64,000 nt of DNA from Felis catus (Eukaryota), in the NCBI RefSeq assembly GCF_018350175.1, contig NC_058368.1, forward strand, positions 61,568,001 through 61,632,000, read 5' to 3'. Position numbers and translations under genes: made by a program. Position 1 is the first letter of the stretch. Every line of letters begins with the position of its first letter. This document shows positions 39,547-51,722 of the stretch, piece by piece. The notes under the pieces are model-generated. The model was not told the DNA's origin. It did not search any database and saw only the letters and a list, made by a program, of their open reading frames with translations.

Positions 39547-39904
39547 AAGTAACATTAAAATACTAAAGTTAAAATGAAAATATCACGTGCATTAAGTAAA
39601 GTATAACTCATGTTAATATTTCCAACACTTATGCATGGAATTGTTTATCTTTCCCTTTCTTTGCACATTTTAGAAAGACATACACAAAGCTTTTTGCTGT
39701 ATAATAAATACCTCCTTGATATTTGTAAGCAACAAGATTCTCCTTGAGAGCCTAGTTAGACTGGTGAAGAATGCTGTCTTCTGAAAGTAAAATGGATTAT
39801 TTCTGGTGGTTTGTATAATCTTAAATGCATAGTGGTATCTTCTGTATTCAGTGGCATTTGAAGATGAAGCAAGAAACAAATAATCACGTTAGGCAGGCAC
39901 AGTC

Positions 39905-39941
39905 ATGCACGCACGCGCGCACACACACACACACACACACA
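39905..39941. repeat. (CA)n/(CG)n alternating purine-pyrimidine tract
   Basis: gcacgcacgcgcgcacacacac... Confidence 0.9.
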
Positions 39942-40019
39942 TTCACAACTGTTTTCTTTGCAGTAAAATCATTGTTTAAACTCCGAGTTCTCTGTAGATT
40001 TCAGCTAAAGAAGCATTTC

Positions 40020-40611
40020 TAACTCTTGGCTGGAGAAATTTAAAAGTAGGAGATGGGCCTGAGCTGCCTCTGGTTACTCTTGCTCAAAGGATGTGGCTGC
40101 CAGCAGGTTTCTTGCTAGTGAGAGCATTCCCTGTCAGTTGTCTGTAGGTGACCCCGATGGTGAACATCCTTCAGTTAAGTTTCTCCAGCCCCTAGTGGGG
40201 GAGGCATATTAGTGAATGTTGCTATACTTCAGTGAATGGCTTCTTAGCAAGTTTGCTGGCACTCTAGTGGACAGTTTCCTACTGAGTTTTACTGTTATCC
40301 CAGTAGGAGATTTCTCTCCTGCTAGCCCCAGCCTGCAACCTCTCAACAAATTGTTCTGCCTTTTAGTGGACCACAACTTCACTCTTGTGAATGAGATCTA
40401 AGCCTCAGTCTTAAGCACTGGGAGGTGGGAAACTCCTCTAAGTGGCTGCCTCTTATATACGCTCTTTAAAAAAAAATTACCTTTCAGCTTTCTGTTCACT
40501 CATACTATTAGTTTATCTCTGGCTACAAATTAATAATTTTATCTTAAAATTTTCCCTATTCAAATAACTTCTGTGATTTCTGTTCCCTTAATGTGTCTTT
40601 ACAAACAGACA
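40020..40611 (+). mobile_element. ERVL-class solo LTR (LTR41/LTR50-like)
   Basis: 3' end aaaattttccctattcaaataac...gtgatttctgtt...cagaca typical of old ERVL LTRs. Confidence 0.55.
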
Positions 40612-41740
40612 TAATAAATAAATATGGATCATTCCTATATTAGTCATGTAATTTAAAATATTATGTTGGTAAGAAGATATGGAGGAAATACTTTTCCTTA
40701 ACTTTCAAAGGTCATTTTAATCCAAAAACAGTTTTAAAATGACCAGTGGTCCATAGGGAAAAAAATATGCAGAAAACCATGGAAGAATCAAAGCAGATTG
40801 CAATACAGGTGGACTCTCCATCTGGACCGAAGAGATGACAAAAATAGATTTCCTAACATAACAGAAGCTTCCTATTGAAATGGCAAAAGATGGACACGAG
40901 GAGGACTTCAGTGAACACTCATAAACAGTGACACTAACAGTTTCATCTAGAGTTTTCTTTTAATGTTTTTCAAGTCCAAACTCTATATAGATTGGTCTGC
41001 TGTTAAGAACAACATACACATAATAAGATATTGCTCTACTTGTCCCTTTTCTGAATTATATGTATCATATCTTTTTTGAAATTGAAAGTTTCATAATAAG
41101 AAAAATAATGTTGCATATGAAGTATTTAAAGATAATACATCAAATATTCACAACACAGGAAAATTGCTTCAACTTAAAAACAATTCAGTACTTATACCAC
41201 TGGCAAAATATTTTATTGTGTACTAAGGCATTTTGTGCATAAAAACGTCCTCAGTTGTCACCTTCAATGTAATTGCAATGACTCTAAATGACCCTATTTA
41301 TAAGAATTCTTCAGTGAAGCATAACAAATCTCATTTCCTAATATATATTTTTTTCCTAGAAGGGTTCACAGTATTGTCTGGATTAAGTGCTTACTCTTGC
41401 CTAGAGGTGTTATTATTTGGACAAGAAGTTGCATATGTCATTATGATACATAATTTTGTGGCTGAAATATATAACACTGTGAATTAATTTGTGACTAAAA
41501 CTTAGTTTGATTGTGATAAATGCATAGTTTGATATTATAAATCATAGTAATTATATTTATAGAGATAGTTCTTGTTCTATAATTTTCTTCAAAAGTATGA
41601 CATCTCAAGTCAATTTCAAGTCTGTTGGAAAATATGAAAATAAAATTTTACTATACTTATGACCTCAAATGACAGATGAATATGCACACAGATATTATAC
41701 ATGTCAGAACTATCAAGAGTCTTTAGTAATTTATATATAT

Positions 41741-41779
41741 AAGTCCAACACCTAACCTGCTGAGCCTCCCAGGTGCCTC
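41741..41779 (-). mobile_element. Can-SINE 5' head remnant
   Basis: aagtccaacacctaacctgctgagcctcccaggtgcctc is the antisense SINE head; rest missing. Confidence 0.7.
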
Positions 41780-41870
41780 TCTACTAAATTATAACTTGAT
41801 AAGCTAGCAATGTCTTGCAATACAAGCAGTTCATGATACCGAACTTCATATGATCACTACTGAACCAATG

Positions 41871-41926
<56 letters not shown>

Positions 41927-42765
41927 TCTCTCTCTCGCTGTGGGATTGTGGGTGATCATCTCCCATGCTTGGCTGCTAGGTCTCAAGCCACGGTATTTAG
42001 CATAAGTCAGTGTTTTTTCAGAACATTGGAAGGTGCCCACAACTGTCACTGGTGTATTTTTGTCACTTCACAGAACCTGTGGACAGTGCTTTGCTTTCTA
42101 CATGAAAGTAAGCTTAGGAAGGCTTTGCTTCATTCTAGGTCAGGCTGTCTGCAGATATAGACCCTTTCCTCTGCTGCCTTATTGCCAATTACATTCAATA
42201 CAGCATAGGACAAGAGTTTATTAATACTGTACTGTAGTCAATGTCCGTGCGAGCGTATACAATGGTCCCCGTGCAGAAAAAAGTTGAGAAGAAAGGCGGA
42301 AAGAAGGAGGAGATGACTATGGTGGAAGTTAAGAAGAAAATCATTGAGAAGTATGAATGAGGTATACGACTTGCCAAAACTGCAAGATTTTATAAGAAGT
42401 ATTCGTCTGCATCCCATCTGCAGAGGAGGAGGAGAAAAAGGCGGAGGGATTCCTCACTTCAAATGACATTAGGGAGATGTGTAAAATGTTGGGAACAGCA
42501 AAATTTTGTAGAAACGCACTACCCAAAAGAGGCTGTAGCAGAGTGAGCGATGAATCTTTAACAACAATGCAATGTCACGTTTCCGTGAAATCTTCAAGAG
42601 AAGGCAAAAGCTAGTGTCGTTGGATAGGTTCCTTGTTAAAGTTGCATTAAAAGAAGAAGATTCTGTTGAGCCAATAGATAGCAATGATGCCATTAGTGAT
42701 AGTGAGCATACTCCATCCTCCTCTCTCTCTTCCTCACATCAGCGCAAAGGTTTTCAAAGGTAGAT
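41780..42765 (+). mobile_element. Tigger/pogo-family DNA transposon, internally deleted, termini missing
   Basis: Contains transposase N- and C-terminal remnants and a (CT)n tract at 41873-41936. Confidence 0.85.
42262..42763 (+). pseudogene. Tigger-type transposase remnant (HTH N-terminus fused to C-terminus, DDE core absent)
   Basis: My translation: MVPVQKKVEKKGGKKEEMTMVEVKKKIIEKYE*GIRLAKTARFYKK (CENP-B/psq-like HTH), then LTSNDIREMCKM...FVETHYPKEAVA...AMSRFREIFKRRQKLVSLDRFL (Tigger/TIGD1-like C-terminus). Confidence 0.8.
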
Positions 42766-43302
42766 GCAGATGATTAGTATGATTAGTAGTATGATTAGAA
42801 GGGCAAAAACTATATTGTTTGGGGAAAGTAAGCATGTATTTTCTCTATTAGGGAAAAGCACAGGTGTTGAAAATCTTTACAACACACACATACCACACAA
42901 AATTTATCCTATATGAACACATTTCAAATACAAAAACAAACTGAAACAAAATGCTAAAGGAACTGACATGATTTATGAAAAGAAAACCGATTTGAAATTG
43001 TTTTCTAGCGTAATTTCTTCAGAGGAACGGGTTTAAAGTGACACATGATTGCTTTTCCTTTTCTATGCATCCAACATGCAAGTGATAAACACATATCATT
43101 TAATGAGTTTATTGAAATTATCAGGTAAAAAAGAAATACATGCTGTGTGAGTTAGTCAAGTTATAAGACAAAAAGCATGTGCCCTGTATTGAGGGGCCTA
43201 GAGGTCTTAAAATGTAAACCTTTACTTTAATAGGCTAAATAATCTAAATCTGTAGCCTCTAACTAATACTGCCATTTTGTACTGCAGGTAAAAGTAGTGA
43301 CA

Positions 43303-43493
43303 GGGGTGCCTGGGTGGTTCAGTCAGTTGAGCGTCCAACTTCGGCTCAGGTCATGATCTCATGGTTCATGAGTTTGAGCCCTGCATCAGACTCACTGCTG
43401 TCAGTGTAGAGCCTGCTTCTGATCTTCTGTCCCCCTCTCTCTCTGCCCCTCCCCTGCTCATACTCTCTCTCAAAAATAAATAAACATTAAAAT
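43303..43493 (+). mobile_element. Can-SINE
   Basis: TSD aagtagtgaca at 43292-43302 and 43494-43504. Confidence 0.95.
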
Positions 43494-43677
43494 AAGTAGT
43501 GACATAAAAATGATAGAAGTATTCTTAAGAGTATTCATTTTTTCTATAGAAAAACACAGAAGAGACATACATTTAATGAAAAGACTCTAAAAACTGCAAA
43601 CTTTGACAATATTAAAGTAACCATACAGGTAACATAAAGATGGAATGGAAGCCAGTGGAAGTTGATGTAATAAAGGG

Positions 43678-43794
43678 TTTTATTTTTTATTTACTTTTTT
43701 TATTTTTTATGTAGGCTCCATGCCCAACGTAGGGCTTGAATTCACGTTCAGGAGAGATTAAGAGCAGCACAGCTGAACCAGCCACAGTGCCCCC
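43678..43794 (-). mobile_element. Short old Can-SINE variant (no CT tract)
   Basis: taggctccatgcccaacgtagggcttgaattcac...tgccccc; TSD gatgtaataaa. Confidence 0.8.
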
Positions 43795-43900
43795 GATGTA
43801 ATAAAAGTAATTTCATCTCATATAACATAGATAAATGATTGATTTTAAAATTGATGAGAAAAAACATTGTTTTAAGATTATTTTAAGAATTAAGGATCAT

Positions 43901-44109
43901 GGGGCGCCTGGGTGGCTCAGTCGGTTAAGCGGCCGACTTCGGCTCAGGTCATGATTTCCCGGTCCGTGAGTAGGAGCCCCGCGATGGGCTGTGTGCTGAC
44001 AGCTCAGAGCCTGGAGCCTGTTTCAGATTCTGTGTCTCCCTTTCTCTGACCCTCCCTCGTTCATGCTCTGTCTCTCTCTGTCTCAAAAATAAATAAACGT
44101 TAAAAAAAA
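43901..44109 (+). mobile_element. Young feline Can-SINE
   Basis: CpG-rich; TSD aattaaggatca at 43888-43899 and 44110-44121. Confidence 0.96.
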
Positions 44110-44149
44110 AATTAAGGATCACAATAGATGGAACAGCTGACTTAGATAG

Positions 44150-45470
44150 GTGATTGAGTATTCCATTCCCCTCTCTGAAATAAAAACAAATTTTAGATTA
44201 AAGTAGTTATTGATTAGGAAACTATTATACTAGGTGCCTATACAAATTCATTCAAGAGAAAACAAATAAAATGTGGAAAAATATTTTAAAATATGGTATG
44301 AAACATATCAATGAGCTCACTAAAATTTCAGGAATTCTCATGCTAATTCTAACAAATTGGGAACTGAGAAAAGCAAACAGAGCATTAAAGAGGGTTTTGG
44401 TGATAAGGGCATTGCTAAATCATCTGAAAGAAAGAGAGAGGAAGAGAGAGAGAAATGAAGGAAGGGAGGAAGGAATAAATTAGGGTTTCAGTTTTCACTA
44501 GTTCTTGGAGTTTATGATTCAGAAAATAAAATTCTAGGCCCAGCCATGTATGAGTTTATAAGATAATTAACCCTGTAGAACTATTCATAAATTAAAGGTA
44601 AACATAAAAATAATACCCCAATACTCTTGGGAATTTAAGGGAAATTATCTTAGGCTTTATAAGAAATTAGGGGAAAAAACCAAAATCTCACCCCTGTAAT
44701 ATTTGAACATAATATAGTCTTCATTTAGCATTTCAGTAGTCCAAAATTATCAATTAAAATGAGGTTATATTTATTCTTGCGAGAGGAATTAGTTAATCAC
44801 TATATATAATTATCAATTCTTCATGGAAGCCCTTACATAGTTTCAGATTCAAATTAATATCACAGATAAATTCCAATTAAAATGAGCTACTCAGTAAAAA
44901 GTTATTAAGCACACAAGGAAGGAGCTGCCATAATAAAAACCAGCAGATGAGTTCTGCAAAGACGGTGGATACTGGGATATGGATATAGAAAATTAAAAAT
45001 AGCGAAGATTATCTTTCTTAAAAAGAAGAATTACATATTTTAAAATACATGAGAAGCAATAGACTGTATTTAATGCTAGGCATGGAAAATGAACTATTAG
45101 AACTTTTAGAAATGAAATGTTGAATAATTGAAATTTAAAATCAAACACAGGCTTCAGGGCAATATAACTGTAGCTGATGAGAGAATTAAAAAACTGGGAA
45201 ATATAGTTGAAGAAATGTTTATACAATATAACATAGGTATTCAAAGAAATGGGAAATATGGAACAGACCCTAAAGATATGGAAAGATAATTTGTAATTTA
45301 TGTAATATAAGTATGATGGGAATTCCCTAAGGAAAGGAAGTAAAAAATGGACACAGTCCACAATGCAACACAAATATTGAAAATATATGTAGAAGTGATG
45401 AAAGAAACCAATCAAAACATCCAAGTAATATCCCAAAAATAAAGATAAAAAGAAATTTACACATAGTATT
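44150..45470 (+). mobile_element. Ancient L1 (L1ME-like) 5'/ORF1 region
   Basis: aaaatgagctactcagtaaaaagttattaagcacacaaggaa...agaacttttagaaatgaaa...gaaatttacacatag. Confidence 0.55.
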
Positions 45471-46614
45471 GTTTTTAATATATGTGTTTATTAACATGAG
45501 TTAATTTCAAGTTTTTAATTTGTCTATTTTATATTTATTTAGATGTTATATCTAATAATATCTATATTCATATTAACTTACCTATATTTTATATAGCTAT
45601 TTTATCCGTAACGTTTCTGTTTTCATATTTATCGATGTTTGATTTTATCTTTATATGTATGTAATATAGAGCATATATGTAATATAATTTACATAATATA
45701 CTTATGTATATTTATATCTCTATATATTCTATATTCAATATCTATATGTATTTACATTATTCTGAATGTGAACATTTGGTATGTGGAGTGGAGGTGATTA
45801 TTATTTCCTTATAGCCAAAACTTATGCCACATACTATGTATATGAGGCTGTGTTCATCTGCTCTGGAAAACACATGTTTTCACAAAATTGAAATTGAGGC
45901 TACCACATGGTTGAATATATATTGTCAAATATCATCTGGAAGAATTTTTTTTTAAGGGCTAGAATGATGAATCAAGTGTGATAGCATAGGAGCCATCACC
46001 TCAGTCATGCTCTAGTCTTCAAGGGGGCACTAAACTCTGCCATTCCCCTGCAATGTGATATTGTGGTAGATTTCAGGGATTTTCAGTATAAGGCTTCTGT
46101 TAATGATCAAGTATGATGATTCTAATTACACAGTTGGAGATGGGGAAATGACCATGAGAAGGACCTGGTTCAGTACTCCTCTTATTATGTATGCCCCATT
46201 TGTCCCCAAATGGAATGGGGAACATAATGTGATGATATTGTGGATCCCTGGATATAAATGTAGAGGTGGACACTATTTTCAACAGTGCTTTAAAGGCAGA
46301 AATATTCTCTTTACCACGTATTCAATTATCTGAATAAATGGCTGTAAGCCCCTTAGGACTTGGGGAATCATAGCCATATATTACATGGTTGTTACCGACA
46401 CTCCTCATGAGGATTTGGCTTCTCCTTTAGTTGATGAGTTCTGGGTCTGAAAACTGGCTAAGGTTTAGAAGTTAGGGAAAGGGTCAAGGCTTTATATTGG
46501 ACATCTGTTTTCAACCTCCTGACCATTCTTTCCTTAATCTCTGTAGGTTGCTTAACTTTGGAAATTCTCTTGGTTGCTATCTGTTTTGTTTTCTTGTTTT
46601 TGTTTTTGTTTTTG

Positions 46615-46618
<4 letters not shown>

Positions 46619-46658
<40 letters not shown>
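46619..46658. repeat. (GT)n microsatellite
   Basis: Direct. Confidence 0.95.
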
Positions 46659-46670
<12 letters not shown>

Positions 46671-47256
46671 CCTTAAGCTTTATATATTCTACTAACCATC
46701 TTCAAATGTCTTCCAACATCCTTCCTACACCCTCGCTGACTGCCACTCTGACCTTGCTGCTCATTTCTGTTTTTTGACTTCCTTTGATTCTGATTGTTAA
46801 GTCATATCTCCTGACCTCCTCAAGTTTGATATTCTGTTATCACCACGGCTCTGATATGCTCTGGTTATGTAAGTATCTCCTTTCCTCAGCCCTATCCTAC
46901 AGATGGCAGCGTCCTCGGAGCTTCTCAATGATGCTTATGCCACTTGCACAAGTATGTTCCTTGTCATTTAGTGAACAGAATGTCCTGCAGATTCTGCAGG
47001 TCTTTCTCCTGAAGATAGTGTGTGGTCTGTGTTCAGGCCAGATGTGGCAGTTTCAGTGTCCCACACGTACTTCTCTAAACCTGTTGGTTTCTCCTTTTGC
47101 CAACTGCCATGAGAGTCACAAGTGAAAGATCAAATTTTTTTATTTTACTTTTATTTGTATTGCTTCCAAGAACTAAACAGGAATAGCACATTAGTCTTTG
47201 CCAGGTTTTACTTCATCTATCATGGGCCAGTGGTGTCATTTTAAAAAGCTCTACTT

Positions 47257-47478
47257 GGGGCGCCTGGGTGGCGCAGTCGGTTAAGCGTCCGACTTCAGCC
47301 AGGTCACGATCTCGTGGTCCGTGAGTTCGAGCCCCGCGTCAGGCTCTGGGCTGATGGCTCAGAGCCTGGAGCCTGTTTCGGATTCTGTGTCTCCCTCTCT
47401 CTGACCACCCACCCCCCGTTCATGCTCTGTCTCTCTCTGTTCCAAAAATAAATGAACGTTGAAAAAAAAATTAAAAAA
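47257..47478 (+). mobile_element. Young feline Can-SINE (SINEC_Fc-like)
   Basis: GGGGCGCCTGGGTGGCGCAGTCGG, most CpGs intact; TSD aaaaagctctac(t/c)t. Confidence 0.97.
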
Positions 47479-48160
47479 AAAAAGCTCTACCTTCCAACAT
47501 AATTCTCCATTTCATTGGATTCATTTGGATCCTCAGGATCCTGACACTCTCCTGACTCTGTTTGGCTAGATTCTATACTACTCTCATCAACATATATCAC
47601 CTCTTACCTCCCTTAGCAGGCCCAGCATATCTCTGACCACATTACATTGTGACTTGACCTTAGCTATTGATCTGGCCCCCAAGCAATAGGGAGTTTAGGG
47701 ATGATCCTGAGGAGAGCACGTACTGGTATTCAAGGAAGGAATTTCATTAAATTAGAGACACAGGGCCCATTTCTGCATAACCAGAGAATACAGGAAGACC
47801 TTGAGTTCCCTTCCAAGTCTCAAGGTCTGATTCCTCCCCAACCAGGACCATGATCTACTGAAAATTCAACCTACACTTACTTTCCCACCCATTGAATTCC
47901 TAGGTCTTAAACTTAAACTAAATTGCTCTCTGACTAATAAATATGAAAATTCCGTTAAATGTGTTAACCAATGCTCTATGACTCTCCTACTTGGTTTTAC
48001 TCTGGTAATTAATCTTGTTCAGCCATTTATTATCTTTTCCAGAGCATCAATAATACTCAGCAACAGTTAGCAATAGGCATCACATCTCTTTGTGTTTATA
48101 AATCATACTTCCTTGAACCTTCCATATACATTGGATATTTTACATGTTGTGGCTTTAAAT

Positions 48161-48734
48161 TGTATCAGTTTGTTTGGAGCTAAACTGTTTCCCAGAACTT
48201 TTCCTGTATTGTTCTAATTAGAATGGGCCACAAGAGACAATTTTGTGTGAAACTTGAAGGGCCGAAATGAAACAGAAGTCCTATTTGTTGTTGTTTAATT
48301 TTCTTTGAGAAGTTCATTGAAAATGCTTTTGCAACTCACACATGTCACTTACCTGTTGGCTTACCTTATTGACATGGGACCTTTATGCCTGTAAGTGCCC
48401 CATCCTACCCTGGATCTTCCTTCAGCTTCTCTGACTCCTGGACAGATGTATGTTTAGTTCTATGACAAATGGTGCCAGCTTCTTCCATGGAAAACTCACT
48501 TCACCAAGAGTAGAGGTGCAGATAACCAGCATGAGCTCTAGTCTGTTAGTTTCTTCTCTGCAGTTTCAGCTCACATCTGTCTTCTTCCTAAGTGCTGCCC
48601 TGTGGACGCCAAGCTCCATGTACAATATAAACACAACAGCTTTCAGAAACAATTGTGTAAGATAGGATCCCTGTGGCACATCCCTTACATATAACTTCTA
48701 GTTGTTCTTCCTGGATTAAATCCTGACTGATAAA
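48161..48734 (+). mobile_element. ERVL-class solo LTR (LTR41/LTR52-like) inserted in the ERVL internal region
   Basis: Terminal inverted repeats TGTATCAGT ... ACTGATAAA. Confidence 0.7.
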
Positions 48735-48915
48735 GCGCTCACCAGTGCATTATCTCATTCCAGTTTATCACAATAGAACTTTTAACGGCGTCATTACTAC
48801 AGAATGCCACAGACTGTTAGTGATGAGGCCCTATTTTGCATTCCTGCGTTAGGAGATGTCTAGTCCCCAAATATCATTGTAGGATCTGTTTCATTGTATA
48901 ACTCAGCATCCATTG

Positions 48916-49770
48916 ACTCAAGTCAGGTTTTCTCAGAAACAGACTCTGAGACAGACACCTGCTTGTAGGAATTGTATCGAAGAGTGCTTTCAAACATATC
49001 ACCGCAAAGAAATGAGGGAATCTTAGAGGAAAAAGTTCATCTGGATTCAGATTGCAACAGAGGCCTCGACTTATCCCACAGAAGATCTGCAGCTGGATGG
49101 ACCCTTCAGAATGTTGAAGAGTCTAATATTTTACCCTATTTGCTAGTTTACCAGTTACCCTCCTACAGTTTTATGGATGTTGACAGAAGGCACAAGATTC
49201 CTGGGCCAGAGAAAAAGGACTCCGTTATTCACAGAGAGCAGCAAGTGAGCATCAGCGTATGTGTGTCAGTTCCCCTTGCCACCAAACCCCGAGGAGGCAA
49301 CGCAGTGGGTAAAGGTGAATGGCTCATACTCAGTGGCTTGTGGTACAGAAGAGAAACCCTGAACTTCAGGAAGTCTAATCATTTATAGTGGCAGTATATA
49401 TGCTGTAGCTGCTACTGAAGGAGATACTATCTGTCTTCCAAGATGTTGGGCAAGCTTTCTGTTTTTTCCAGAGAGGTGCCCTATATCTGTGAATTCACGG
49501 CAAGTGAGTTCATTATGCATGCATACTTAGTGCCTGTGCTTGAAAGACGTGCAGGAATGTGAGAGCTCTAGGGGAACGTCTTGAAACACAGAGTTATCAT
49601 GGATGTGGACAATTGGGGCTGGGCTTCGAACCTGCTGGCCACTCGGTACAGATGGAAGCAGTATCTAGAAAGAGATTAAGCTATGAGCCACTGGCAGCCA
49701 ACAGTTCTGGTGCCTAGGGCAACAGTGGTTTAGTCTGGGAGCTAAGGGTTCTATCACAGCATGGACTACA
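48916..49770 (-). mobile_element. LTR16-like 5' LTR of the ERVL remnant (interrupted)
   Basis: tcaggttttctcagaaacagactctgagac...ttgcaacagaggcctc...ccttcaga[insert]gtt...cagcatggactaca. Confidence 0.7.
49112..49588 (-). mobile_element. MER74-like ERVL solo LTR nested in LTR16
   Basis: TGTTG...AAACA termini; 5-bp TSD cagaa/cagag; gattcctgggccagagaaaaaggact and aagacgtgcagga motifs. Confidence 0.75.
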
Positions 49771-50389
49771 TGCATCACAGTATGGACTACACTATGAGAA
49801 TATCTATCAACTCTGGGAACCACCATCACCTTCCCCTATCCTGTCAGTTCTTTAACCAACATCAACACCGATTTGTATCACCTGATGTTTCCTTCAAATT
49901 AAACTTCTTACTTGTATACACCATGTCTTCGTTTTATCCTGTTCCCAGTTTGAATCTACATAATTTCATTTGTAGATATTTATGAAGTCTTTCCTGCTCT
50001 TTTTATTATGATAGTATGTAAGTTGCCAGAATAAACATTCTCTTCCTTTCTGATTCAAATAAACAGATGGCTGTTTCAATACTGTGAAATAGGGGAGTAA
50101 TTAAATGAATTCAGAGATAATCATGCATATATTTTTATTTTCCCACATAAGATAACTTTATCTGTGCTTACAAATATATTTGACTTTTAAATTGATGTCA
50201 TATTCTTATTTTCACTTGTCAAATAGCTTAATCTAAACCAGACAATAGGATTTTCTCACTGCAGTTAAGAACCAAAAATTCCTGAGAACCTGAAATAAGC
50301 ATTTCTTAAAAACTTGGATATTTTTTATTGATCATGATTTCTATCAGCATCATGATAGAGATTTTGAAGAAAATTAATTCTTTAACCAA

Positions 50390-50500
50390 TATTAATTGAA
50401 TTCCAGCCCTAAAAAAAGAATCTCTCTGGTCGGGCCTAGGAGTGAGTTTTAGAAAGTCCTTCATATAATTCTGATTGCCAGCCAAGCTTTGGAAACATCA
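50390..50500. mobile_element. MER5-like hAT MITE fragment
   Basis: agaatctctctggtcgggcctagga...aattctgattgccagccaagctttggaaac. Confidence 0.55.
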
Positions 50501-50836
50501 GACTACAGCAATCAAATTCATTTGTTATATAATCTATCAATGCACATAGAATATGAAGCCCCTATGTCACAAAGGATCTCCTAACATTCAAATCAAAGAG
50601 TATCCGCAGAGGTTTTTCCTTTGCTATTAGTTAGAAAATGGTATGAACAATCATAAAATGTCTTACCAAACTTTATGTAGGGAAATATCACCATAGCCCA
50701 GCGAACACATCCTAACCATTCTCAACAGGATTAAAAAGGTAAAAGAAAAACAAAAAAAAGAAGAAAATCATATTTTTTGTTAAATCGACAAATGTGGTTA
50801 AGTGTGAAATGGCAGTGTTTAAATTGCATTCATTGG

Positions 50837-51064
50837 TTTTTATTTTTTAATTTTTTGGTTACATTTATTTATTTTTGAGTGGCAGAGAGGGACAGAAGCA
50901 CAAGCAGGAGAGGGGCAGAGAGAGAGGGAGACACAGAACCCAAAGCAGGCTCCAGGCTCTGATCTGTCAGCACAGAGCCTGACGCTGGGCTCAAACTCAC
51001 AAACTACGAGATCATGCCCTGAGCCAAGTCAGATGCTTAACCAACTGAGCCATCCAGGTGCCCC
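50837..51064 (-). mobile_element. Can-SINE
   Basis: Complete antisense SINE. Confidence 0.94.
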
Positions 51065-51134
51065 CAGTTGTGTCCATTGTTAAAGAAGAGACATTGAAAA
51101 CACATGTTCAAAATGATGCTATATTGGTTTTATT

Positions 51135-51309
51135 CTTTTTTTGAGAGAGAGAGTGTCAGCAGGAGAGAGGGAGGGAAAAAGAGACTCTTAAGCAAGTTCC
51201 ATGCTCAGAGCAGAGCCCCCTGCAGGGCTCAATCCCACCACCCTGAGATCATGAATTGAGCTGAAATCAAGAGTTGGGTACTCAACTGACTGAGCCACCC
51301 AGGCACCCC
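51135..51309 (-). mobile_element. Can-SINE (older subfamily)
   Basis: TSD gttttattctt. Confidence 0.93.
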
Positions 51310-51618
51310 TGTTTTATTCTTGAGTATATCTCTTTTGATTATGTATTATAACATATTATTTACATTAATATTATTTGAAGTATAAATAAATGCAAAAATA
51401 ATTTAGCCTATGTTTATTGTTCATCTACTGCTTTTTGTTACTATCAATACAGTCTCAAATACAATAAAATTCAAGAGTCCCTCATCCATGAAGCTTCATA
51501 GAAATTATTGATTTATTGATTTATTTATTCTTTATTTAGTATTCAGGAACCACTTCGCTTTTGTGCTTATTCCTTCCCTTAATTTAATTTATACTTAGAT
51601 GCTCCAAGTGACATCCAC

Positions 51619-51722
51619 TGTTTCAGGTCAGGTTTCCTCAGAAGCAGACTCTGTGAAAGACAATGGCTTGCAGGAATACTATTAGAGTGCTTTCGGGAAC
51701 ATCTCTAGGAAGGAATGAGGGA
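51619..51722 (-). mobile_element. LTR16-like fragment
   Basis: tgtttcaggtcaggtttcctcagaagcagactctg, homologous to 48916-49020. Confidence 0.65.

Larger units (their letters stand above)
45770..48915 (-). mobile_element. ERVL internal region (HERV16/ERV3-16-like): gag, pro and start of RT
   Basis: Minus strand shows degenerate LSQFSDPE...MIPQVL...PF...F-ALL...PGDP gag/protease motifs around 46250-46480. Confidence 0.7.

Noticed and set aside
44993..45436. 147-aa hydrophobic ORF (-)
   Set aside because: Antisense reading of A-rich L1 ORF1-like sequence gives F/Y/I/L-rich artefacts
48972..49388. 138-aa ORF (+)
   Set aside because: Spans the LTR16/MER74-like junction; non-ATG start and no domain
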